Assembly (NCBI GenBank): GCA_902766965.1
Contig: CACXFJ010000047.1
Location: 3,165-67,164, forward strand
Source of the DNA: an uncultured Eubacteriales bacterium
Lineage (GTDB): Bacteria > Bacillota > Clostridia > Christensenellales > DTU072
Direction of reading: 5' to 3'
Length of the DNA: 64,000 bases
Within the stretch, counting starts at the first letter, position 1; every line of letters starts with the position of its first letter. Shown here piece after piece: positions 1 through 12,600 of the stretch. The position numbers were made by a program, and so were the translations under genes. The notes under the pieces were generated by a model, which did no database searches, was not told the DNA's origin, and saw only the letters and a program-made list of their open reading frames with translations.

Positions 1-228
1 ATTTTCATATTTTACCGCCGTCGCCACCGACGCTAAATTTTCCTGCCGGACGGCATAGAGAGTACGCCTTGCCGAAATAATCAGAGGACCGCCGCGCGAA
101 CTTACTTTTTTAATATATATCGGACACCCTTCCGTTATACCGAGATTATCGAGCCTTGCGGAAAAATCGGAGTCGGGAATATTTTTTACGGCTAAGTATT
201 CGCCTTGAACAAAGTACGTTTTTTTCAC
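1..228 (-). CDS. feoA: FeoA-family small protein (ferrous iron transport protein A-like); 3' end runs off the window
   Basis: The minus-strand frame is open from GTG at 228 down to position 1 (76 codons, no stop). The translation is VKKTYFVQGEYLAVKNIPDSDFSARLDNLGITEGCPIYIKKVSSRGGPLIISARRTLYAVRQENLASVATAVKYEN. It shows the FeoA pattern RLxxLGIxxGxxI...GGPLIIxxxxxxxAVRxxxA. It is missing from the ORF track because it is truncated. The start choice (GTG, weak SD) is uncertain. Confidence 0.6.
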   Translation of the reverse strand, partial: MKKTYFVQGEYLAVKNIPDSDFSARLDNLGITEGCPIYIKKVSSRGGPLIISARRTLYAVRQENLASVATAVKYEN

Positions 229-230
229 GA

Positions 231-243
231 GATAATCATATTC
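231..243. promoter_or_regulatory. Fur-box-like half site (gataatcatattc) next to the feoA start
   Basis: It matches 11 of 13 positions of the 3' part of the classical Fur box GATAATGATAATCATTATC (GATAATCATTATC). It lies immediately upstream of the putative feoA start on the minus strand. This is a motif match by eye only. Confidence 0.3.
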
Positions 244-375
244 CGACGAAAAACAAATTGTGACGGCGGCAGCGTTTCCGATAAGTTTATCGGTAAGCTG
301 TTTTCGGCAAAATCCGATAAAAAACGACGGATAATTTTTCTTTCGTTTTTTCGCGAAACTGCCGATTTTCACATA

Positions 376-387
376 GGATAATTATCC
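376..387. promoter_or_regulatory. Perfect 12-bp palindrome GGATAATTATCC, a candidate operator
   Basis: The palindrome is read directly from the sequence. It is one of 8 GATAA/TTATC pentamers packed into 231..405 (others at 279-285, 287-292, 315-320, 329-334, 400-405). A second palindrome, CCGATAAgtTTATCGG, lies at 278..293. Confidence 0.35.
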
Positions 388-492
388 GATTTTTCGACGG
401 GATAAAAGGTTGCGGCGAGTAAATTTTTCCGTACTTCCGGTCACGCGTCGCTCACGCTTTATATATATTTATATAAATGATAAATTCGGCTA

Positions 493-521
493 TTGACACG
501 CAACGCGATACGCGTTATAAT
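493..521 (+). promoter_or_regulatory. Sigma-70 consensus promoter of the giant gene (TTGACA - 17 nt - TATAAT)
   Basis: TTGACA is at 493-498, followed by an exact 17-nt spacer, then TATAAT at 516-521. Both hexamers match the consensus perfectly. The spacer contains the inverted repeat ACGCGataCGCGT. The SD GGAG at 573-576 sits 8 nt before the ATG at 585. Confidence 0.7.
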
Positions 522-584
522 TAAACTGCGTAGAAAAAGGGTGAAGTACGCCCTTTAACAAAAAAGCCAAACGGAGAAAAGTAA

Positions 585-698
585 ATGAAACCGAAAAATC
601 AAGAATCCATATCGCGAAACGGAAGAAAGAAATCTTTCTTTGCGTATGCGTTGATGTTGTTGCTGGTACTGGCGTTGGTATTCAGCATCGCGGCGTGT
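585..698 (+). other. Signal peptidase II-type signal peptide with lipobox (Cys38) of the giant protein
   Basis: The n-region RNGRKK, the h-region FFAYALMLLLVLALVF and the lipobox SIAAC are followed by a Gly/Ser-rich tether (SQRPDDSGSGGGG). This is typical of Gram-positive lipoproteins. Confidence 0.8.
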
Positions 699-3600
699 TC
701 GCAAAGGCCCGACGACTCGGGTAGCGGCGGGGGCGGAGAAATCAAACCCGACGCAAACAAGGAACAAGTCGTCAATGTTGAAAACTTATCCGCTCGCGAA
801 TACATAAAGACTTCGGTTAAAAACCTCGGCGCTACCTACGCCGCCGATCCCAAATGGCTTAATATAGACTTCGGAATAACTTTCTCCTTCAATACCTACG
901 CTAAAGTCGACGAAAAGTACACCGACGATACGGTGACCGCCGTCGATTATAACATAGTGGTTAAAGCCGCTATAAACTTGGAAGACAACGCACAAAGTGC
1001 GTTGTTCGTAGAAGTGACCGATATAAGAAGCGACAAAGTCAAGGCGGGCTTCTATTATTACGACGCGACCACGTACGTCGATATAGGCGGCAAAAAGTAT
1101 TACGCCGAACAGCTCAATTTAAGTCAGTTGGGCGGAGCGTTGCTGAAAGTTCTCAAAGACAAAGAGCTCGATATAGTTCCCCTTGTCGGTAATCTTCTCG
1201 GAGCGTCGCTCAATATGAAAGGCGCGGAGCAAATAGCGGGACTTTTGCCTACGATTTGGACCATATTGTTCAGCGGCGACGCGAACATCGTTTACAGCGC
1301 GGAAAAAGACGGCGATATGCCGAAATATCAATACATAAATCAGTATTTGAACGCCAACATTATCTTCGATATGATTATGAAGAAGAAGATAGAAATCAAA
1401 CCGTTCTTCGCTCTCGACCTTACGTGGGAAGGCATAGCGGGACTTCTCGGTATGGACTTACCCAATCTCGATCCCCTTTTAAGAGCGTTTTTAGGGTTCG
1501 GACTTGAAGATATAGTAAATAAAAAATGGCCGTCCATGACGGTGGAAATCAAAGCCATTACCGAACTTGCCGACGTAAAACAAGCCGATAACACGACCAA
1601 AAAGGATTACAAGTTTACCGGACTTGCGATAGACGTTCGGAGCGAAACCAAGGAATACGACCTTAATCTTAAGATTAACCCGTTCAAATTAAACACGAGC
1701 GACAGCGACGAAGTCAAGATGAACCTCGCCGGTTACAACTTCGGCGCGTCGGGGAAAAACAGCACTTACGAAAAAGCGAGTTTCACCAATCTCGAACTCA
1801 ACCTTAATCTCGGCGTGGACGCGGAAAAGGACGAAGAACTTACTATAGACAGTCTTTTGGGCGGTTTCCTCGATTTGGGCGCGGTGGGAAGCATACCTTT
1901 GCGCATCTCGGGCAATTCGCATTACGACTTCGACGTAAAAATCGCCGCAAGTCTCGATTTGTTCAACAACGCCAACAACAAAGCCCAAGCTACGATTAAG
2001 TACTGCGGAGCGGAAGTGATATCGCTGTATCTCGTACCCGACCTGTCGTTGCAGGAAGGAAGCTCGGTAATGTTCAATACTTTGTATATCGACGCGAGCA
2101 ACCTTACGAGCAACGGCAAGGCTCTTATGCCGCAGCTGCGACTGCCCTCGCTGAATATTACGCAGATTCTTGCCGGTACGCCCGAAGTACCGGGTCTTCT
2201 CGGCAAAATAATGAAGTATTTCGATCCGTACTACGCGGGAACGACGAGCGGCACCCGTCCGAGTAACGCCGACGAAGAAGAGAAAGGCGGTCTGGACGTA
2301 ATGAAACTGTTGCAACTATTGTTGCAAACCGACGAACAAGGCAATCTTAAATGCTTTACTTTCCCCAATGACGAATCCAAAGTCTTCGGACTGAAATTCG
2401 ATAACGCGGGAATAAACACGCTCTTAGGTATGTTCAAGCCGGGCTTGAGCCTCGGCGTTTACGGCGTGGGATTATCTTTGGACCTCGCCGATATATTCAA
2501 TTCGATAAGGTTAAAACTCGACGTGACCGAGGACATGAACGTTCACGTCGGTTTCGGCAAGACCAATCAGGACGGAACTTATACCACGGGTATAAGCTAC
2601 TTCAAGGCTCCCGTGTTCGATATGGACGCTGTGGGCTGCGACAGCAACGGCGACGTGCCGAGCGACGGAGTGGAGAAAGCGGAAGCGTTGAGGGGCGAAT
2701 ACAGGTCCATGGCGGGCGCTCTCGAATACGGAGCTACCATTACCGGCGACTTTAAGATAGGCAGCAACGCCGATACGGAAATCGATTTGTCTGCGATCGT
2801 GGGGGCGTTTGTCAAGAACGTTCTCGTCGGACTCGGTATAGAAACCGGCAGCGAGCTTCATATAGGATACGAAATAAAAGCCGGCGTAAATCTTTTAAGA
2901 CTGTCCGAACTCGGTCTTATAATAGATTTGTATCTGTTGGACGACGAAGGGAAAAAAGTTTACGGATTCCCCTTCCTCACCCTTTATTATTCGGGTACGG
3001 ACGATACTCTGTACATAAACCCGAGAGTCGACGAAGAAGCCGATATGGTGACTCAGCTTCACGACAAACTCGGATTTACGAAGATAATCGACGGAAAAAT
3101 TCCCAAACTCTCCATTCCCGACATAGGACTTGCGAAGATACTCGGCAAGATTAAATTCGACTTCTCGAAGATAGGCTCCATAATCGGCGCCAACGCCGAC
3201 TTTAATTTGAGCCTTAACGCCGACGGAACCGTCGAATTCGGAAAAGGGCTCGACGAAGAAGATATGCAAAAGACCCTTCTTCACATGTTGGCGGACACCG
3301 TCGTCCTTAACGCCGACGGCAACGGCTCTGCCGGCGGCTCTTCTTTGGATATAATGGGTCTTATCGGTAAAGCGATAGAAGAGATATCCGTCAAAGACGG
3401 CAGGCTCGGCGTCATCGTAAACGCCGAAGTTCTGAGCGCGGTCGTAGCCCTCACCTCTCTCGACATAACGGGAGATTTACCGAAGGTAAACGGCAACCTT
3501 TTCCTCCATCTCGGCACGCAGATAGCGTACGACGCGAACGATAATCAGCTTTACGAATACACTTACTACAACGCCGAAGGCGTGAAAGAGAAAAAAGTGT

Positions 3601-6600
3601 TTTCTTATAGGTATAACGAAGACGGCAGACTCTTTATCTACGACGAAAACGGCAACCTTACCGACTGGAATATAGATATGAACAAGATAGTTCCGCACTT
3701 CGTGGACAAAAACTATCTCACCGCTTATATCGGAATAGTGGACAGCGACACGGGCAAGAAAGACGCTTTGTACGTCGGACTTAATCTCATAGAGGGAATC
3801 TCGATGAAGAAAGGTTCCGACCTCGAATTTATAGGCGGTCACAGCCCCGCTACCTATACCTCTCTGTCCGAATGGGTGAAAAACCTCGTTATTTCCGTAA
3901 ACGTCGAGTTGGAAATCAAATTCGCGGCGGGTTCGCCCGAACTTATCCCCGAAAAACTCAACGCGACCATAGGTAAAATGTTGAGAGAAATCATGGGTAC
4001 CGCGGAGAACAGCGAAGAATTCCTCGACGTACTCATTAAGAGCGTGGCTCTTAAAATCGACAACGATTACTTCTATAACACGGGACTTGACGTAGGTATC
4101 GCCATAAAGGGAAATATAAACATTAACAATATTTTCGAAAGTAACGTCGGCGTGGTACTCTTCGATAAATCGGCTCCCGACGCAAGCGGATACATCGCAA
4201 GCGACGGACGCGGATATACCGTAATAGCGGGCGTATACGTGGACGACAATAAAGGTTACGTCGATTTCAGTTACTTCGGCGTCAACAACATAGCGGTAAG
4301 CGACCTCGAAGGTACTTACGTAGGCGCGATAGCCTTGGTTTGGAACAGCACGTACAACAAGACGAGCGACACGAGAATAAAACCCGAAGACGCCTATAAC
4401 AGCAAACGTAATTTTATGGATTACGTCATGAAAGAAACCGTCCTTAACTACTTCTTCGACACCTTCTACGTAAGGCACGGTTATGCAAGCCGTTATCCGA
4501 CGAGTTCTTATAAATATCTCCTTAACGACGACGGATATATCTATCTGTACTTTGCCGACGCATTCGGAAACAACTTCGATTACACCGACAAGTCCTGCGA
4601 TATTTCGTTGAAAAACAGTACCAGAACTTACGAAATCGACAATAACGGAACCATCACTATAAGAAACGCGACGGGCGAAGTATACGCTTCGATTTCTCCG
4701 TACATAACCACCGACGGAACGCCGTTACGGATAAGCGTGGCGGAAGAAGAAGAAAAAATGCGTCTCGACCAGTGGGAAGCCGACGACAGAAATCAGGAGC
4801 CGAGGACCCGTTACGTCGACCTTAACGACTTGCTCGCAAGCAAGTCTAATTCCGCATATAAAAAGATGCTCGCAGACTACGCGGCGAAATACGACAGCGT
4901 CCGTAACAGAGAAGGAATAAGCGGTCAGCTCTATACCTTGTTGGAAACCGAGTACGCAAACACCGTAGCGGAAATCAAGAACTATTTGAGAGCGGTAATA
5001 AAGGTAGACAGTTACGTTACCATTCAGCGTCAGCAGGACGTTGCTCTTATAGACTTTTTGAAGACCGACGAAACCACCGACACGGGCAAAGGTAAGACCT
5101 ACGCCGAAATGTACGGCGGCAAGACCAATTCGCAGATAAGAGCTTCGGAAGACTACGTAAGACTTTTCCCCGAATGGGTGGAAAAAGCAGTCGAAAAACA
5201 GGTTGAAAGCGAATATACCGCCCGTAAAGTGACCGAAACCGAACTCAAAGCGGTCACCTGTTTCAGAATAAAGAACAATCTTCTTTTCCGTGCGGAACTC
5301 GACGCAATCAAAGAAGAACAGCAACCGAAGAGCGCGGACAGCAAAACCGTGGAAGAATTCAGAAAGTCGTTGACGCCCAACCTCAATTCCGACTTCCGCG
5401 TGCCTGCCGTCGGAGAAAACGCCGACGTAAGCAATCCGAACCGCGTCGCGTTACAGATACTGTTCAATTCCGGCAAAGTATCGGTAGAACTTTCCGCCGC
5501 TACTATTTCGGCGGTACTTACCATGCTGGGCTTTGAAAAAGTAAACGACTTCGTCACCCTCGACAACATAAAGCTCGGACTTAATCTGAACGACGGAATA
5601 GAGCTTGCGTTATCGGTAGCCTTCGGCGGAACTTACGAATTCGGTTTGGGTCTTACCAAGTTAAGAGCGAGCGTCGACCCCGACAAGCGCGAAGAATACT
5701 CCGTAAGCGTAAACACCGACAGATATAATCCCGAAAACACGACCGACGGCGTGCCGAACGCGGTACACGTTTCCGCGTCCGGGTCTATATATATTAAAAA
5801 TGATACGGGCAAAGCGGGATTGAGATTAAGCAACGATTACGATATCACCGACATGATAGGAACGTTGTTCAGCAATTCCGATTTCAAGAAGACCGACCTC
5901 GACGCTATCTACGCCGGAATAGTTGAAGAAAACAGCGGTACCGATATGACCGTCACCGCAATGAAAGCGGCTGCGTGGAGAAAACTCGACGGAACCGAAC
6001 TTTCCAAGAACCAAAGAGACGAAATGGCTACCCGTTACGCTTCTGCGGTTAAGGACATAAAAGCCAACAAAAACAACGTCGAAGAATGGAAGTCGTGGGT
6101 GGAAGGCGACGACAACTACTACGCCATGGCGTGGGATTATCTCGTAAAGAACTCGATTATAGTCGACCTTAACGACCTTGCGATGTCCATTATGGCGCAG
6201 TTTATGGGCGAAATGAACGACAGCCTCGAATTCAAAGTGGACGCCTGGTTGGAGTTCGCGAGCATATACAGCAGCATTCTTAAAATAGAACTTATCCGTC
6301 ACACCTATTCCGAAACCGACGGACAAATTCACGACGAAGCCGTACTTACCCTCTTCTACGACGGAAGTAAAGTTCCCGTAGGCGAAAGACAGTTCTCGGG
6401 CGACGTTTACGTCTCCACCAACATATTCAACATCGGCAACGTGGTTCTTAAAGACGTCACCGCGGTAATAAACGGAGTAATGGAGATATTCGATTCCTCC
6501 TTTATGTCCTCGCTTAACGACGCGATAGACAAGTTCCTCGGACTGAACAAGTCGGATAATTCCTCCTCTTCCGCTTCCTTTGCTTCCGACAGAGCTTCCG

Positions 6601-9600
6601 ACGCGGACGGAGCTTCCTACGCCGACGGAGAAAGCGGCGACGATTTAGCCACTTACCTTAATCTTATGTTCAGAGACGGCAGCTTAGGTATAGCCGTCAC
6701 CAAAGCCACGCTTATAAGCGTGATAAGAATATTCGGTATCGACCTTACCGAAGCCTTGTCGGAACTCGATTTCGGACTCGAAGTTCTTATAGGGTTCAAG
6801 GGAGCTCTCGACGTAAGCGCGAATATCTATCTCGACGCCGAAGGGAACGTGACCGAAAAAGGCAATCACGCCACCGAAATAGGCGTGACTATCGGTAATA
6901 TAAACGCAAGTTTCGAAGAGAACATAATTACCGACGAAGACAGGAACAAAACTTACGAAGAAGTAGAGAAGTTCACTACCGTAGGATTGCAATGGGGCGG
7001 TCTTACGTCCTTTGCGATGAGCGACGTGTACAGGAACTTTAATTTCGACTACGCCATTAAGATGTTCGCCAATTACTGGTTGGACGGACGCGACTGGGGC
7101 GTGGGCGGACAGATAGACATAGCCGACGGAGATATCTTCAAGCAGGCTACCTACTTCTCCATTAACGCCAACGTAAACCTTACCACCGTTAAGGACTTGA
7201 AGAACATAGAATTGTTCCTGAACCTTACTTCGGAAAAGAACTACAAACTTTACGAGAAGTTGGCTCCGAGAAGAAAGTCCCTCACCACTTTACTTAAAGC
7301 GTGCGGAGGAGAGAAGGACGCGGCGTGGCGTCAGCTCGTAAAAGATTTGCAGAATTCCGCTCCCGGAAGCGGATACGACCCGGACGGAAACCTTTATACC
7401 AAGGAAACGCAGGTTCTGGACGATTACTTGTGTTATCGTCTTATGCTCGATATTCAGACCGAAATACGTTCTTCGGGTAAATACCTTACCGAAACCGATC
7501 AGTTTATCGCGTGCTGGAACAAGCTGTACGGATTAAGCGGCGACTTCTATTTGGGCAACGCGCTCTCGTTCTACGTTACTCTCGACGCCGAAGGCGTAGC
7601 CGACGTTTATCTTAACCTCGGTTTCCTCGGAGTGGAAAGAATTAAGTTAAGCAACGTAAGTCAGATTCTCATAGCTTTAGCGAAAGGCTTCGGTTTCGAC
7701 TGGGGCAAAATAACCGGCAGAAGCGGCAACGCCGCCTCCAACGCCGCCTCCAACGCCCCCGGACAAGACCTTACGAGCGCGATAGCGAGAGAAATTCTCC
7801 TTACCATTAACACCGAACAAGGCAAAGACCTTCTCATGCTCAAAGTTACCGGCGGAGCTATATACGCTCTCGTGGCGGCTCTCGGCGTAGATATAGAAGG
7901 CTACTTCAATAAGTACACTCCCAACCTCTATCTGAGCGCGCTCGGCAAAGATTTAGTCGAATTGAATATAGAGTTGGAGAACTTGTTCAACTTATCCGTA
8001 GCAATAAATTATCCCAACTTTATGCTTACCGACGGTATGGAACTCGTAATAAACGAGGACGCATATACCGTAATCGATAAAGAATGGAACACCGACTTCA
8101 AGATATTCTTCGAAGGTTCGTTGGCGCTCGGAGCGAAAGGCGCAGACACGGCGACTTCCCCCGACGATATCACGTCGATAAACTTCGGCGATTTGTTGCG
8201 CGGACTGTTGAAAAACGAAAGTTTCGCAGTAGACGTAATATTGAAGGCTCTCGAAACGGTGGGCGCGGACTTATCGTTCTATCTCGAAGCGAAAGCGAAC
8301 ATCACGCAGCTTTATATGCTGATGACCTTGCTTACGGCGGACGAATCCACCCTTACCGACGCGCAGAAAGAAGCTAAAAAAGCTCTCTACGGAGAAAACG
8401 GCAAGATAGACGTACTTAAAGTATTGAGTTCTTCGGGCGTGGAAATGTTCCTCGAAATAGTAAATCGCCGCGCGGACAGCGTAAACGCGGGCTGCATAAA
8501 AGAAGACCTCGTTGTGGGTATTTACCTCATTAAAGAAACCTCTCCCGACGGTCTTAGCGAATACTTGTCCTTATACGTGGACATGTCCGCTTTCCACATG
8601 GGCAGAATTAAGGTAGCCGACTTCGAATCCACCGCCAACGCGCTCATCAAGAGAATAGGCGAATTGTTCGGCAAGTCCGATACCGACGGTGAGAAAACGG
8701 ATTCCGAAACCGGCAAAACGGGTTCCGAAACCGGCGATACCACCGCTAATGCGGACGTAAACGAAATAGACGCCGAATTCACGAAAGGCGCATTTGCGAA
8801 GGGTACCGAAATATACGACTTCGTAAGATACGTCGTATGGATGAAGTCCACCGCGGAAAACAGCAAAGGAAATCCGGATAAGATACCTTCCGACCTCTTC
8901 CTCACCGAGGCGAGAATGAACGAACTTCTCTCCGAAATCGGAAAAGAAAGGACCGACGGACCCGCCAACGCTCCCGCTTTATACGCCGACGGAGAACCGT
9001 TAAGCGACTTTATACACGGAATAGTCGGCAACACTTACGGTCTTACCGTATCCGCCGCGGCGAACGTTCTCGTAAAACTTCTTAACGAAGCCTTCAACGA
9101 CGAAAAGAGTCGTTTCTCGCGAAGCTTCCTAAGTTACGTCGACGACTTGTATAACGGAGACAAGGAAGAAGAAATTCTTGAAAGAAAGATGATTTTGTCG
9201 AGAATGAACGATATCCTTATCGCGAACGAATGGGTAGAGGGTGATACGAGCGACGAAAACAACAGAAGAAAAGCCAACGCCTGGGAAGCTCTTCTCGACA
9301 GCAACACTCTCGGCGAATACTACTCCGTCAAAGCGATGGAAATTTATAACGAGCTTGCCGCAAGCAATCCGTCCGACGCCGACGTTCGTCCCGCCGCATG
9401 GGATAAATTGACCGCGCTCGTTAAAGCCGATATAGAAGCCATACAGGCTACTCTCGACGACCTTTCGGCAAAAACCGCTTTCCGCGACGTAATCGCGAAA
9501 GAATACACCGATTACTACGTCTCGGGCATAGCTCTCGACAGCTACGTCAACGCTATGAACATAAAGCTCGACGCGTTAAGCACAGCTTACGAGCAAGCGG

Positions 9601-12600
9601 CGGAAGCCGTAGATAAGATGTCGGGCATATCCGAATCGGCAAAACAGGCTAATATCGAACGTTTTGCGTACGAATACTTCGTCGGAAGATTCAATTGGAG
9701 TACCGCCGAACGCGAAGCGTATATAGGTGTTTACAACGCGAAATTTACCGAAAGCGGCGGCAGCGTCCTTACGGCAAGTTCCGAAGCGTGGAAAGCTATC
9801 CGCGGCATGATAAACAACGAGTACGAGAATTTACTTTCCGCTCTGCGTTACGTCAACTCTTACGCATATAACGAGTTCGGCTTGAAGACCACGGGCAATC
9901 AGACTCTCAACGGTTCGGAAGAGGACTTTATAAGAGAAAACAACGTATTTATAATAGCCGACGGAAGATATAGCCGTTACGCAGAAGCGGTAAGCCATAC
10001 CTATAAGGCGATGGCGTGGAAGTATCTTGTGAGCAACAAGGCGATAGACGCCGAAGCCGCCGACGGATATTACACCGCCGCGGTAAATACTTACGTAAGG
10101 AACGCCAGAAACCTTCTTACCTTCCTCGAATACAGATACGCCGCCTGGAAGTATCTTAACGCCGACGCAAAGCGTATCCTCGCCACCACCGAAGACGGGA
10201 ACAAATTCGTGGTAAGAGCGACCACGGCGGAAGACGGTACGGTGACCTGGTACAAGACCGAAATTACCGAACAGTATCTCGTCACGTTAGAAGACTACTA
10301 CGACAAGTCGTATTCCGAAATACCGCAGCTTATCGTAGACGCGGCTAATAAGGAAGGCGTGCTTACGATAGGTTTCTTGTACGACGGTTCCATCGCGAAC
10401 GTCAGCGCGGAAATAGCCAACCTGTATCTTAAAGTAAACTTCGTCAAAGCGGGTATAAAGATAGCCGACAGCGACCTTTCGAGGACGAGACTTCATTACG
10501 TCTACAACGATTACGACGAAGTAACGGGACAGGAAGAAGTCACGGAAGCAGTCAACGACGAAAATCTCCGTAAGACCAACGGAGAATTCTCTCTTCTCGA
10601 CGAAAACTTCGGTTACGTCTACGCAAAACTCGACGTCGAATTCGGTCTTAATATGGAAGACGACGTACAGTACGACTTTACCGAACTCGTAAATTCGCTC
10701 CTTGCAAAACTCGGTCTTAACCTTAATATAAAAGGACAGACCTTGCAGATAGCGCCCGTACTCAGCATACTCAGCACGGTGGGCGACTATTTCAGAATTT
10801 CTCTCGAAGCGAGAGTAAATCTTTTCCGCCTCGTCAAAAAGGATTTAAGCGACACCGACATATCCCTTACCGTATATTCGCTCGACGCGAACGGAAAGGT
10901 TAAAGAAACGGTATTGCAACTGGTATTCGGAGCGGGACGCGAAGAAGACGGCACCGAATACGATTTCGTATACGTAGACGCCCACAGATTCAATATTCAG
11001 CGTCTGTATATAAAGAACGCGCTCGAACAGATTAAGAAACTGTTAGGCAACGCCAACGCCTCTTACGCCGTGTATCACGATATTCATAATGGCGGCTCGA
11101 TAGCCAAAGTCGTTATGGCAGCTATGATAGCCGACGTGCTTGCGGTAGACGACGGCGATTATTCCGACACCATATTCGGAGCATTCCCCTCTTACGCCGA
11201 CGGCAACGGCGGTAACAACCCCGAAGTCGACATAAATCTCGCTAAGTACGGAATGAGCGTTCAGCTCGCCGCAAACGCAATCTATACCTTACTCACCTTC
11301 TTGGGTATGGGCGACGTCAAGAGTATGATAAGCAAAGTCGGCTCGCCCGAAATAGCTCTCGACATATTCAGCGTGGCGAATTACGGCAAGGACGGCACCG
11401 TATTGAAGGATTACGACGACGGCGACAGAAACTTAATAGCCGTAAGACTTAACTTCGACAGCGTCAACGAAAACGGCGTCAGCACCGGAAGAGGAATAGG
11501 TCTCGAACTCGCCATAAGGAATATGGAATTGAGTTTCGCGCAGGATAAGAGAATAGACTTTAACGAAAACGAAGTATTAAAACGCGACGAAAACGGCGAT
11601 CCCGTCGACTTTGCCGAAGTGGACGGCATGTTGCCGAAGATTGCGTTAAAGACCACTATTCTTCTCGAAATCGACGCCGGCGTAACCAACGGAACCAACC
11701 TCTATCAGGAACCCGTCAACACGATAATGAAAAATTATCTCGGCGGACTCGTGATGGATATAGCTCTGTACATAGCCAACAAACAAAAAATAACCGTAGC
11801 CGTAGACATAGAAGCAAGTCTCGATTTAGGCAACGGCGAAGACAATAACTATCTCGCTCACCTCATATTCGGTTCTTCGCTCCGCGTAGCTCTCCGTATA
11901 TTCAGAGTGGGAGACAAGGTATCCACCGACCAAAAGAAAGAATGGGCGGTAATAACCTACTTCGGCGGCAATCTTTATATCGACCTGTCGGAACTTAACA
12001 GCGACAAGTTGTATCTTGCCGACGCGGGAAAACTCATTTTCGGCAACGGAAAGGACAAACAGTCGCAGGCGATGTTCGCCGCGTTCGACGCGCTTAACGC
12101 CGCAATAGGAGCGGTTAAGTTGGGCGTGGACGCCGAAATAAACTCTTCGGGATTATACCTTATCGTAAAGAAAGCCGCCATAGCGAGCATGCTGAAAGTA
12201 TTCGGTTTCGGCGGTTTCGATATGTTCCCCGACGCGGCTATTCAGCTCTACGTCAAAGGTATGAAAGTCGAAGACGGCGTAAACACTTTCGATATGGGGG
12301 TTAATCTCGCTCTCGGCGAAAATCTCGTCACGGGAAGTACCGAACTTAATCCGATATTAGGACTCGGTATGTCGATTAAGGGACTTTACGTAGGTTTCAG
12401 CGGACTCGATATTCAGGTATCCGACAGCGCGGAATATATCCGTATCGACCGTCTCGACACCGTCTACTTCTCCACCGAAATAATAATCAACGTTACCGAC
12501 GAAAAGGGTATCTACAAGTTGGGCGGACTGTTGCAGGTTCTTAAAGAGAACGGCTACTTCGACCTGGCGGCGACTCTCGGTATAGACACCGCGATAGATC

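Noticed and set aside
3600-3662. YD/Rhs-like repeat FSYRYNEDGRLFIYDENGNLT in the giant protein.
   Set aside because: It resembles the YxYDxxGRL consensus, but I found only one or two copies. There is no Rhs core, no PxxxxDPxGL cleavage motif and no C-terminal toxin, so this is not an Rhs/YD-shell protein.
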